Source: Octopus bimaculoides
Lineage: Eukaryota
DNA: 43,087 nt
Direction of reading: 5' to 3'
Assembly (NCBI RefSeq): GCF_001194135.2
Contig: NC_068992.1
Location: forward strand, 30,254,865-30,297,951
Shown: piece after piece, positions 13,631-25,935 of the stretch
Numbering within the stretch: position 1 is the stretch's first letter
Layout of the letters: every line of letters starts with the position of its first letter
The notes under the pieces: model-generated
Databases searched by the model: none
What the model was told of the DNA's origin: nothing
The model's input: the letters and a program-made list of their open reading frames with translations, nothing else
Translations under genes and position numbers: made by a program

Positions 13631-14027
13631 GGAGGCGCAATGGCCCAGTGGTTAGGGCAGCGGACACGCGGTCATAGGATCTCGGTTTCGATTCCTAGAC
13701 CGGGCGGTGTGAGTATTTATTGAGCGAAAACACCTAAAAGCTCCACGAGGCTCCGGCAAGGGATGATGGCGAACCCTGCTGTACTCTTCCACCACAACTT
13801 TCTCTCGCTCTTACTTCCTGTTTCTGTTGTACCTGTAATTCAAAGGGTCAGCCTTGTCACACACTGTGTCACCCTGAATATCTCCGAGAACTACGTTAAG
13901 GGTACACGTGTCTGTGGAGTGCTCAGCCACTTGCACGATAATTTCACGAGCAGGCTGTTCCATTGATCGGATCAACTGGAACCTTCGACGTCGTAAGCGA
14001 CGGAGTGCCAACAACACCAACAACAAG
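13631..14027 (+). mobile_element. Full-length tRNA-derived SINE with 11-bp TSD
   Basis: Pol III A-box TGGCCCAGTGG and B-box-like GGTTTCGATTCC in a tRNA-like head, (CAA)n tail, and identical ATGATAACTCA at 13620-13630 and 14028-14038. Confidence 0.92.
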
Positions 14028-14099
14028 ATGATAACTCAACTCTTAGTTTTGAAGAAAGTCTAAAAACTCAAGAAACTGGGCGGATCTATGACAAATAAC

Positions 14100-15025
14100 A
14101 TTAAATTGTTGTGTTTACTGAGAATAAACGTTGTGCTGTGACCACCTTGCTTATGCTTCCCGTTGGAACTAGATTTATTTACATTCACATCACTTAAAGA
14201 TTCATGGTCACAGAAAGCAACCCCGTCATCTGACGAAAAGTCGCTTTCAGAATGGAGAGAATCTTTAAAACACAAATATTTCGTAACAGTAATTTAAAAT
14301 GCTTTCTGTCAGAGAGTACACAGGCCCATAGCAAAGTAGGTGTATTAGTTCATTGGTAGAGCAGACAGGTATATTAGCTCATTTGTAGAGCAGAGATGGT
14401 TAGCATTCATTAAGGCTTTTCAGAGGTAACTGTCTCTGCGCGGAGAGTTAACAAATTTGCTGGAGTCAGGTTACGTGAAATTGCGTAATCTGGAAGGTAA
14501 AGGGGTGACAGAATGCTGTCTAGTGATACATTTTGTACGTAGTGTGGTATTGTGTATGGTCTAGCTAGGTTATTAGTGGCCAATGGCTTGAAGCTTATTC
14601 ACAGTGTGTATCTTCCTGGACAGTGATACTATAAGGGAATTTCCTCATCTATAGATATTACAGATGACTGAGGGACAGCAAGCAGTAGTTTGTGGATACA
14701 AGTTTAGCAGCTATGAACTGCATAGTGAGTAAGGAGGAGCCACGTGAAGTGTATCTAAATATGGCTGATGAAGTCGCTTGCGTGATCTCAGTGTCTTCAG
14801 ACGAGAGCTGTGAGGTAGGTGGAGTTTTCCATATCTCTGGACTAGAAAGTATGTTGTACAACTCTTAAATTTGTAATATGGATTGTGATGTCCTTGTGAT
14901 GTCGCATGATACCATTGTATTATATGTAGCTCTATTGATCACGGCCTTTCAGAGGTAAGATATTCTCAGTGAAAATGGAGTTATATTTTGGTAATTAGAG
15001 ATCGAAAGGCATAGGGAAGACTGTG

Positions 15026-15071
<46 letters not shown>

Positions 15072-16100
15072 TGTGTGTCTGTGTGTACAGCAATGGAATC
15101 CGTCAAAGAAAGAGTAGCTAATCTTGATGCTATTGCAATGAATGAGTTTGCTAAATTTATGAGGGTCATAGAAAATACTGAGGGCTTAGCGTTAGAAAAG
15201 GTGTAGTGATATAAGTGTATTAGAGGAACATCAAAAGTGATTGGAGGACTTCATCAGTTTATTTCTCTATTTCTCCATCTATTCAAGCTAGGGGTGGAAA
15301 TGTGAGGTCCTCTATATACACAGAATTATCAGTAAAGGTAAAATTCAGTAGCAACTGGTTGCAGTGGTGTGCATTCGTTTTGAACATCTACGTCGTATGA
15401 AAGATCGGTGAGTCTTCTGCTTATTACTGTGATTAGGTTAGAGAGTACTTGGATTTTCCTTGAACATGAAAGTGTTTCCTCGACTATTTTCTGTTGAAGT
15501 AGTGTCTGCATTCATTTACTGAGGCCAAATGTAGTTTCTACGACATTGAATATTGATATATTGGGTTAGCTCTTATAATTAGGTAAAATTCTTTAAAAAA
15601 CATATTCAGCATACATCTAAACAGATTTATAGTGCACCCATTCATATAGCAAGAACTAAACCTTCCTCACTGTGCAGTGCAAAAATGGTCGGGTTTGTAA
15701 GAGTTTTGAAGGTACCCAGGATAAACAAGCCAACAAGTTCAGTATTCTCAGTTCCATAAGTGCTCATCTTGGAATACATAGAAAAGCAGGTCACTCTCTG
15801 GTACAACGATTACGAATCCTCATGAAACAGGATTGCATGCTTTCAATTTATGATGATTTTATATTGTGATCGCTAACATTCGAAACATCTCTACTGAAGC
15901 GTATTGCCTTGATAAGGATCAATATTTGAGCGCTATTTACAATAACAAAGTAGGTCAAATTTCTGGCCAGTTTACATTCTATGTTTTGGAACAAAGATCT
16001 AAAACGTCACTGCTATCACATTCATCCATTCCTGTATCTGAGTAGAGATTATCGGGAATAAGTTTAATTTGTTTCTCTCAATTTGAGCGATTGATAAACA
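14100..16100 (-). pseudogene. Decayed LRR (Toll-like ectodomain-type) gene relic C
   Basis: Minus strand in N-to-C order: KQIKLIPDNL..DVLDL (16074), LMELRILNL (15760), GTFKTLTN (15716), KIQVLSNLITVIS..LTDL (ORF 15329-15511), RLATLSLT (ORF 14981-15169), ILKATFRQMTGL (14253). Interrupted by (TG)n at about 15022-15086. Confidence 0.6.
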
Positions 16101-17610
16101 TGTGCTTAGGGAGGGATATGAAGTTAAGCATGTATTTGAGGGCGTCACCCCGAGGAGACGAGACGAGATACACACGCTCTTCTCTAGTTAGAAATGATGA
16201 TAATTCGGTCGCTTTAGTGTTTCAGTAAATTTATGTTGAAATGTTTTTCATGTTATTTTGTTGATAGTGATTCTGAGCAATGTGTGTGTGTGTGTGTGTG
16301 TATGTGTGTGCGTGTGTTTGTGTGCTTGTGTGTCTATGCGTGTGGGTGAGTATATATAAAAAATACGAAGTGAAATATCCTCAAAAAACTTTCAAGATTT
16401 ATCATGAAGATATAAAGATTATATAAGAAAGCATATTTACATATAAGTGTAGCTTTTGATATTCGTATTATTTTGATATTTGAAGATGAACATGTAAAAC
16501 GGATTAGATTAAAGGAAATCTCTGTTTGCCAGAAATATGCAGCGTACGACTCAATGAAATTATTTCTTCATTTGTACATAGTTCGTTACTACAATATATT
16601 GTAGTAGAAATAAGATATTTTCAGCGAAAATGTTAACCAAAGTTTAGGATTATGAGCGATATTCATTCAAGAGTCACCGACTCTCGATCGATATTATGAA
16701 TACTTGGGGGTAATTTAAAGAAACCAGCAGCAAAATAAACATTGAGGAAACGATGTTTCTAAGTTGAGTAACATTTTACCTAGTTCAAAACTTAAATCAA
16801 ATGTCTAATTTTTGGAAACAAAGCGAGCTAATTATTTGAAGCATATTTGAAGCCCTTCATATTCTATAACAATAACCGGCTGATAAATTAGTAATTCATG
16901 TTTCTCTGAAATATCTGTACATTTCTGCAACAAACAGCAGAATTAGGAACTCAAGAGTGCATTATGTATTATCTGGAGAGAGGGAACTTTGGTGTTAAAT
17001 CAAGTATGAAATTATAGATTTTCTCTACTGGCATATCTACGTTTGTAGCTGGCATTGGGTTAATACAATTTTTGCAGTTGTAGTATTCTTTTGATGTTTC
17101 TGTTTAATATTCCACCTCTAATATCAGACGTTATCAATGATATAACTAAAAATAAAACAATTAAACAGTTTCATGAATACTAAATTTCAAATTTATGTTT
17201 GGTGCATATTTTGAGAAGGATTGATGCCAACGGTATTCCATAATTACGAGGTAGGAAAACTATCGTACATGTCTGTACATATATTCATATGTCTATACAC
17301 ACAATGCAGACATAGTAACTTCGTAAGATGTGTATTTAACCTGAATAATATTTCCCGGTGTTGCAGATTGTATACAGTATGGAACAGATGTTTATATATA
17401 TATGCGCTCATTCATTCATGCATATATTTACATGTGTGTGTATGCGTATATTTATGTGTACGCACACACGCAAACACGCACACACATACTCAAACACATA
17501 TATAATTACTTTGAACTAACGTTTACAAGATTTGATCTATACATATGTGTGTGTGTGTGAGTACATTTATATATACATATATATATTCATATATTTTTAT
17601 GCGAATATAT

Positions 17611-17642
<32 letters not shown>

Positions 17643-17643
<1 letters not shown>

Positions 17644-18387
17644 AGATTAACTGCGTTAGTTGGGAAGAATGCGAGAGGTTGCAACGTAAACAACAACAGG
17701 AAAGAAAAAGAAAACTAAACAAAACAAATTTGCAGTTTTGTCTTGTATTTCTATATTTCAGCATTATAACCTCATCTCCGGGACACTTCAAAAAGCGTGG
17801 AGTGGAGAAGTTGTTCAGATGTGCTGGGTNNNNNNNNNNAGAATTCTGTTTATTTATATATATTTTTGGGACAATACTGTGCTGATGAACGAAATCTAGA
17901 TTCATTCTAGTAATCGCGAAATCGGCCGATACACATTTAAATTTATTTAAAAGAAAGTTGGTCGCCTTCTGTTGGTTGTTTTTCCTCGCATTAGGTACTA
18001 AATGTGGTTATTTTGAGAAGTCCACTGTGTGGCGTTATTATTTTCTGTAATAATGCCCTTTATATAAATATTAACGAATAATTATATTCTTGGGAATAGA
18101 AATTTCCCTTATGTATTTTTTTACACACTGGCTTCTTGATAAAATTCTTGTAAAATAGTTTTATCCCTGTTTGAATTTATATATATATATATATATATAT
18201 GAGATTAACTGCGTTAGTTGGGAAGAATGCGAGAGGTTGCAACGTAAACAACAACAGGAAAGAAAAAGAAAACTAAACAAAACAAATTTGCAGTTTTGTC
18301 TTGTATTTCTATATTTCAGCATTATAACCTCATCTCCGGGACACTTCAAAAAGCGTGGAGTGGAGAAGTTGTTCAGATGTGCTGGGT
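17643..18387. repeat. Identical 187-bp direct duplication on either side of a 10-N gap
   Basis: 17643-17829 equals 18201-18387 (offset 558). Each copy follows a (TA)n run, and the first ends exactly at the gap. Confidence 0.95.
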
Positions 18388-18399
18388 AATAAAGTAGAG

Positions 18400-18850
18400 C
18401 ACGGTAACATGCATAACATATACATACTCATTAATACATTGTAAATTTTCTGATTAGCTTCATGTAGCGCATTGTGCGTTATTGTATTCGATAGCGTCTC
18501 TGCCAGCGAGCTCTGCAGTTGTTAAACAATCATAAGTATAGTCACTCCTCACAAGTCTCTAAGACTTGTTGTCCCCTTGTCAGGTGCAATAAATTTCAAT
18601 TAATTAGCAAATGCTCGTAGATTTTTGTAAAACCTAATACATGCAGTACCACCCATTTAGGTGGAAACATTTTTATTTCGCGACTGTCTTCTTATATAAC
18701 ATTTCACTTCATCTCTATCGGTATTCAAAGACTGCAAGAAGCTACTTATGTTTTCTGCCATGTGTGTAACAATAAAGCTTTGATCATTTTAATCCATGTC
18801 GATCAAATCCGTTAGGAATAGTTTCTACATTACACAATAAAATTTTACAT
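18400..18850 (-). pseudogene. Possible decayed LRR-gene relic G
   Basis: Minus strand: VETIPNGF (18828), IKALLL, and N*LKFIAPD...TSLRDL (18605-18552). Few motifs. Confidence 0.3.
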
Positions 18851-18862
18851 GAATCATTATAA

Positions 18863-19070
18863 CCCCTTTCTACTAAAGTTAGATGGCCTGAAATTAGAGG
18901 TGGGAGAGGGACTAGCCGAATGCATCGATCATAGTGTTCCACCGCTACTTAATTTATCGACGAAAACCAAAGTCAACTGCGGCGGAATTTGAACTCAGAA
19001 CGTAGCGGTTGACGAAATACCACAATACATTTTCGCCCGGCGTTCTAAAGAATCTGCCAGCTCACCGTCT
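18863..19070 (-). mobile_element. SINE (octopus-type core) with near-perfect 18-bp TSD
   Basis: Reverse complement reads agacggtgagctggcagatt...acgccgggcgaaa...gttctgagttcaaattccgccg...gtcgataaatt, the same family as the copies at 36.5-36.9 kb. Flanked by ttacatgaa(t/g)cattataa at 18845-18862 and 19071-19088. Confidence 0.85.
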
Positions 19071-19996
19071 TTACATGAAGCATTATAATATGAATGAAGA
19101 AATCAAATGCTACCCAGTAGTTACAAGCATTTTTCGGTAAAGGAAATAATTTCTTTAGCAGTAACAGTGATAATTACATATTCCACTTTAAAGTACAGTG
19201 TCAGCCACAGACATCTAATTCGGTAGCTTCATAATCCCTTGATTAATTTGTGAGAAAACTTAACTATTCTCTTCGGTCGTATTTTCTCTTCTAATCTATT
19301 TTCACTATATAACTTATGCAATATATTCCTTCTTATTACCATAATTTATATTTTGCTTTCTTTCTTGATTAACAATACTTATTATTGTGTATTAACTTCA
19401 GTTTCTTCCTTCGTCATACAACTTCTGACTTCTTTTCATACATTAATTACATTCTTTTCCTGCTGAGTTACAGTTACTCGTATACTTAGTTTCCGTCACC
19501 TATTCCTAATCTTTTTTGCTTCACCATACTTTTTCCCGAAACGTTCCTAGTATCTACTTTGCCTCCCTCTCTTCGATTCTCGCTCCCTTGATCTACGGTA
19601 TTGTCTTGTTTCGGTAATAAACCAAGAAAACTTCATAACAACTGCATTCGAAACATACCGTCTCCCATACTATACAAGTTAGGAACATATCATTAATATG
19701 TAAATAATAGAATAAATAGATGGATATTCACCTTAGCGGCAATGACTTGCTGTACAACACATGCGTTAAATCGTCAGGTGAAAATGAAAGAAGTCAACCG
19801 ATAAATATTGTCACCTGCAGGCAAACATACACGAATTCACACGCTTATGACGCACACCGTTAATTATCGTCATTTCGTATGCATGTATGTGCATGACAAT
19901 AGCGTTCCTATGAGTGTATGGGTCTATGCAGGTGAGCCAGTATCAATATCGTTCGTTTCGATCGCTCTATTTCTGTCGGTGTGTTCTGTCTGTCAG

Positions 19997-20142
19997 AATA
20001 CACAACGTGACAAAGTTTCAGAATACGTCCAAGGAGGAATACATACGCCAGAGAAATAAGGAAACTGCCGTTATGCTCTATACAGAGCAATGTGGACTAA
20101 CCTGGTTATATACATATGAAACCGCGATAGCTTGTGTGCCAG
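19997..20142 (+). CDS. Candidate isolated exon or coding relic, product unknown
   Basis: Pyrimidine-rich acceptor ...ttctgtctgtcag| and donor ccag|gtaaac. Open frame IHNVTKFQNTSKEEYIRQRNKETAVMLYTEQCGLTWLYTYETAIACVP. No partner exons found. Confidence 0.2.
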
Positions 20143-21526
20143 GTAAACAAAGATAATATTGGCGAAATATTAAGTGATAAAAAAATATATCACGAAATTT
20201 CACAGAACATATTGTGTATTCATTATATCAGAAAATTCAACAGGAAATTGAGAATAAATAGAAAGAGATATGCAAATATACATATTTACTTGCATAATAA
20301 TACAGACACAAACAAGCACATACAGAGATACATTTATAGGAAAATATACATGCACATACAAATCACATACATACAAACACACTTGAATTTACAGGATATG
20401 CACGAATATAAACCAGAAAAGACGCATGCCATTAAAGCACGCACACAAATTCGGACGTATATGATTCAGTATATGCATTGAAAATTTCTGCTCTTATTGT
20501 AGAAAACACTTGAAAAGATAACGTATTAATTGCATGCGGGAGGCCAAGACTTTTTTGTATCAGCCTAACCATCTTTGATCCTTAACGCTCGTACATACAT
20601 ATCAGCAAACAGTAATCAATGGTTATTGATAGGCACAATAACTGAACCTTGGTTAAGATCACTGGGTTTCACTTAGCAACATATTCCATGCTTGTATTCC
20701 TTGTATTTTTCTCCGATCAATGTGACGTGATGCATGCAAAAGTTCTGATCTTGCATGAAGCCATGTTTGAACAAAATAGGAGAAGTGAATATTAAAATAA
20801 CTCTATTACTTTGATGATTTCGTTTTGTTGATATTTGTTTTTTCCCTCTTTATTTTCTTTCCTGAAACAACATCATATGTGTTTTATTAAATGAAGCGTA
20901 TTAACTTTAATCCTCACCATATATATATTTTTTCAATGAAAGAAAATTTTGTGCCTCTTCTTTCTTAGATTACACGCAACAGCAATCTATTGTGTGTGTT
21001 TCATAGCTAAAATAGCGGTACTAAGAGATGTGTACGGAAGTAGGTTGGCAATGTTTCGAGACTAGCAGACCCGCTCTTTCCTTTCAAAAGACATAGATTG
21101 ATAAGTTCAAAAGAAACCTTTTACACTATGAACTCGTTCACACGAGGCTCTATAAATTGACTTCTAAGTCTTTGATAGTGGTACGGATATTATAAATCTT
21201 TCTCCAGTGATGTGATCACCTATTTATTGTAGTATGAAGGCAACTAAATCAATACCAACGCTGTATCCACGACTAGTCCGCAGTTCTTTATTACTCGTCA
21301 AATTAGAAACGTAATTAGAGACGATTTGCCAGGAAATGTGTACTCAAATGTTATCAAAGGTCATCAAAGACAACTCCCATTAGTGTCAGGCCATAATGCT
21401 TTACCGAAAATTACATAACACCAAGGTGATATCTTCTTTGTTATTGTTTTCGTAAGGGTAGAAATATTCAGAACCATGTATAAAATATCAGAAATAGTAA
21501 ATCGTGTACACACACACACACGCACA

Positions 21527-21570
<44 letters not shown>

Positions 21571-21918
21571 TACTTGGAAATGAATGCGTGGCGTTTAATC
21601 ACGTAATAATATAAATATGCATGTATGAAAGTACGTATTCTGTAAATGTGTAAGTTAATTATATCATTAGAATAATGTTGTTCGGAAGTTTGTATGTTTT
21701 TTTTGTTTTTTTTTACTTTTTTCACATACTTTCATTTACTTTCATATTTAAATAACTTTCGGTATTCGCTTTCAGTTCGCAATCCATCTCTATTAATCTA
21801 TCGCGTTCTCCCGCTGCACACAGCTACTCATATATATATTAATGAAAGCATCTCTCCTGTATACTGTCTCTCCTTACTCATTTATCTAACAAAGTCCCTA
21901 TCTATCTTTCCATTATCC

Positions 21919-21986
<68 letters not shown>
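21919..21986. repeat. (CTAT)n tetranucleotide microsatellite
   Basis: Directly visible. Confidence 0.97.
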
Positions 21987-22835
21987 GTGTACACCATGTT
22001 TTTGCATCTCTGCTTACATTAATCTGTTAAATATTTATCTATGAAAACGTATTTATATTTCAGTCTGTATGCAACCTATCTATCATCTCCCTGCATATCT
22101 ATCAATATATCTACATTTCGTCTGCTTAACGATCAATCGAATTGTCTAAGTGTACGCTTCATCATATATGCCAGTAACTATATGTAAATGAAATATGCTT
22201 GCAGAAAAGTGTTAAATGAAAATTTAGTATCACATCACATTTAGCTGTATATTGTGATTTTTCTTCTTTATTTAGGCTTCTCCGAAAATTTATTACCAAT
22301 TGTAGAGCGGTTATGTTGGAACACTGGTTTCGAATGCTCTAGTCACTCTCAGAAATATTAAAATGTCCAATGTATGTATTTTATTGACACTAAATGACAC
22401 TTGAAGCAATTGCCGTTTTGTGTCGCTGCAAAGAGCCTCGTATACATACATATAGTCACAAGTACCCAGGTACACGCATTAAGTTTTTGTTTTTCCAGCT
22501 TTTCATTAGAAACATTTCAATTCACATCTCTTGATATATATCTTTTAAAAACATATTGCACAGAAACATTGTTCCTCAAATCCCTTTACCGGAGATGTAT
22601 CGAAATGCTGGCTATATGGCAACATTAAAATTATGAAATTTATTTGCTTCAATCTCACATAATTATACAAATGCCACGAGTTGTATCGCAAGCTCTCTTC
22701 TTCAATTGTTTAGCATTTAGATTTGTATGTCTTCATAAAACATTCGAATATTAGGCAATAAGTTTCGGACAGTTATTGTTTAAAATGTATCAAATAGTTA
22801 CATGCTCATGATCTCGCAAATATACAGATGACTGG

Positions 22836-22837
<2 letters not shown>

Positions 22838-22922
<85 letters not shown>

Positions 22923-22946
22923 CACATACATACACACACACACACA
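22838..22946. repeat. (CA)n microsatellite
   Basis: Directly visible. Confidence 0.97.
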
Positions 22947-23230
22947 TATATTTACATACAAATACATATATGAAACTAGATATGTGTGTGTGTATATGTA
23001 TATTAATGTGTATGAGTAGGGTGTGAAAGCATTTTCATTGCTAGAAATACGAACTAAAATGCCCTTATGATGTAGTTAACCCAGATGAATGAAAACATAT
23101 ACACTAACAAGAACCATAATTGTCCGAATTTTTTTTTATATTGTAATTTTCAGCACTTTCCGCTGCATTGGAGGATTTTAACTTTTATTTTTAGCAATGT
23201 AGGTTTAGCAATGTAGGCGATCCTGCTTCT

Positions 23231-23268
23231 CTAACGACTAATGGATGTGGATCTGTGAAACCGCGGTA
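23231..23268 (+). ncRNA. Degenerate minimal hammerhead-like motif
   Basis: CTAACGA (versus CTGANGA)...GAAAC-CGCG-GTA with a palindromic stem III loop. Stems I and II pair poorly. Confidence 0.3.
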
Positions 23269-23596
23269 TGTTCGTTTCTGTATGTTCAATATTTTTCTGT
23301 TTTAAGCAGTCTCACAAAATTGGGCACAAAACCAGCGCTTCCCAATAAGATTACTATGGATTGTAGATCTAACTGACTAGAAGATTAAGATTCATGGCTC
23401 AGATTTTTATATCAGGTGTTGCATGGCTTTGCGTTCGCCTCCTTAAATACACTTCTATTCAAACGCCCAGTCCTGCTGTGTTATTTATCCACACCTGATT
23501 GACATAAAGCAATATTGACGTTAGCAGGTTTGACGTCTCAGATAGAAACTTGAACAAAATAATAATGTAGACGGATACCATAATTAGATAAGCAAA

Positions 23597-23615
23597 TAGA
23601 TAGATAGATAGATAT

Positions 23616-23648
<33 letters not shown>

Positions 23649-23892
23649 CAGGCAGATAGATATATAGATAGAGAGATAGAGAGATAGAGAGATAGATATA
23701 TAGATAGATAGATAGAGAGATAGACACATATATATATACTCACACACACTCATACACATATATACTTACATTTATAGGCACAAACACACACATACACNNN
23801 NNNNNNNNNNNNNNNNNNNNNNNNNNNNNNNNNNNNNNNNNNNNNNNNNNNNNNNNNNNNNNNNNNNNNNNNNNATATATATATATATATAT

Positions 23893-23942
<50 letters not shown>
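23597..23942. repeat. (AGAT)n-rich compound microsatellite with N-gap 23798-23874
   Basis: Directly visible. Confidence 0.93.
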
Positions 23943-23943
<1 letters not shown>

Positions 23944-24371
23944 TCAAATGAAACATTACCACGTCTTCTATCAATGAGACATTATTCAACGATTTAAAAT
24001 GCTGTTTCTTGATACTATTTGGTTGAAGGATGAGATATTATGGTAGTTTAACAACAGATATTCGCATCATCAATTATTTCCAGTTAATCCAGATGAACTA
24101 ATACTATGTACAATATTAAAATATTATGATAAAAGAATTACAATTATGCTTGTCTGGTTGGAGAAATTATTATTTAGAGAATTGAATTTAACGTTTCAGC
24201 AATTATTTCTGTGCAAAATTGATGATGTGGACTTAATGACTGCAATGGAAATAATACCTTGGAAACAAATATTTAAATATTGATTCCTTATTCCTTAATG
24301 AATCTGTTCAGAGAAACATGGGCGTTGAAAATGTTTTCCCTGTTACCAAACGGAGCTAAAATATGAAACAT

Positions 24372-24537
24372 TTCTATATTTAAGAGGGGAGGAATTATGT
24401 ACATTGTTTACATTTGACGGAAATTTGTACTCATCTTGTTTGTTGTTAACACAACCTTTCGGCTGATATATCTTCCAGCCTTCTTTGGGAAATTTCGAAC
24501 CTGGGTTCTCATTCCTAAGGTATTTTTTGATGTTGCC

Positions 24538-24598
<61 letters not shown>

Positions 24599-24892
24599 CC
24601 ACCATCATCACCGCCACCACCACCACCACCACCACCACNNNNNNNNNNNNNNNNNNNNNNNNNNNNNNNNNNNNNNNNNNNNNNNNNNNNNNNNNNNNNN
24701 NNNNNNNNNNNNNNNNNNNNNNNNNNNNNNNNNNNNNNNNNNNNNNNNNNNNNNNNNNNNNNNNNNNNNNNNNNNNNNNNNNNNNNNNNNNNNNNNNNNN
24801 NNNNNNNNNNNNNNNNNNNNNNNNNNNNNNCATCATCATCATTATCATCATCATCATCAGCATCATCATCATCATCATCATCATCATCGTCA

Positions 24893-24950
<58 letters not shown>

Positions 24951-25190
24951 CATTCAGGTTACTGCTGGGAATCGAACTCGGAATCTTGGGGTTAGTATCC
25001 TGCGATCTTAACCACTACGCCATATGCCTGTGGTTAAGAGCGCGGGCTACTAAACCCAAGATTCCGAGTTCAATTCCAGGCAATGACCTAAATAATAATA
25101 ATAATAGGAACAACGAAAAAACCTTAGGATTGAGAACCCAAGTTCGAAATTTCCCCAAGTCACCTCAGGAAGGTGTAAATAATGTAAAAT
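24372..25190. mobile_element. Head-to-head inverted pair of a short non-autonomous element (tRNA-like head, triplet spacer, body, hammerhead-like tail)
   Basis: Inner arms 24951-25014 and 25031-25092 are reverse complements (about 85% by eye). Outer arms 24485-24530 and 25108-25160 are also reverse complements (aaaaa-accttagga-tgagaaccca-gttcgaaatttccc). Confidence 0.82.
24538..24950. repeat. (CAT)n/(CAC)n, N-gap 24639-24830, then (CAT)n/(ATT)n triplet repeats
   Basis: Directly visible. Source of the spurious poly-I/M/S ORFs. Confidence 0.96.
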
Positions 25191-25935
25191 TTGAAGCCTT
25201 TTAAAATATTTCAGCCTAGAATATAAGAATCTTAAGTACATTTTCTCTTTCATTTGTCGCAAGTACGTAAAATTATATTATTAATACTTTATAAATGTGT
25301 GAAGAATTGTATTAGGCTATGATATAATTTGGTCGTATATGCAAGGAATTCGTTGAGGAGATGAAATTATTTTAACTGATGACGAAATGTTAATTTTCAT
25401 TCCTTGATTATCTTCAAATGAAAGGAGGACAGTGAACAAAACGTTAACAACTTAATGGCGAACGGGAACATAAAAAACAGATTATGGGAAGACTGATGTG
25501 TGTTTGGTTAAGGACGTTCACATCGCAATCAAATACGTCAAGTTTTAGTCTTTTGGGACACATATCATTGAAGTGTCATCTACTGCATAATCGGATTCGT
25601 CATTCAATTGTAAACGAAATTTCATAGATGTACACTATAGAGATATACTTTCTGTATGCACGCACAAACACACAACGAAACACTCACACACACACCTACA
25701 CACATGCACGCATACATATAAATGTGCATAAATACTCACATATATCCGTCTGTCAGTCTGTATGTATGTATGTATGTATCTGTCTCTCTGTCGGTCTGTC
25801 TATCTATATATCTATATACATTTGATGAAAAAATAAATGGGATAATTATCATCTTATACAGCACGACTAATTAGATCTCATGTTGCTTAAAACTTTAGGA
25901 TTTATAATAACCCCTCTATAAATCCTTTAGATTAA

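Noticed and set aside
14060-14275. Acidic ORF (SESDFSSDD) suggesting a piggyBac N-terminus
   Set aside because: No TTAA-CCC terminus or transposase motifs nearby. Another frame on the same strand reads as LRR (ILKATFRQMTGL) and fits relic C better.
16587-16606. Perfect 20-bp palindrome TACTACAATATATTGTAGTA
   Set aside because: AT-rich, isolated and without supporting context.
24951-25092. tRNA genes
   Set aside because: Both arms lack a complete acceptor stem and sit inside a repeat element, so they are treated as SINE-type heads. The same applies to 13631-13710.
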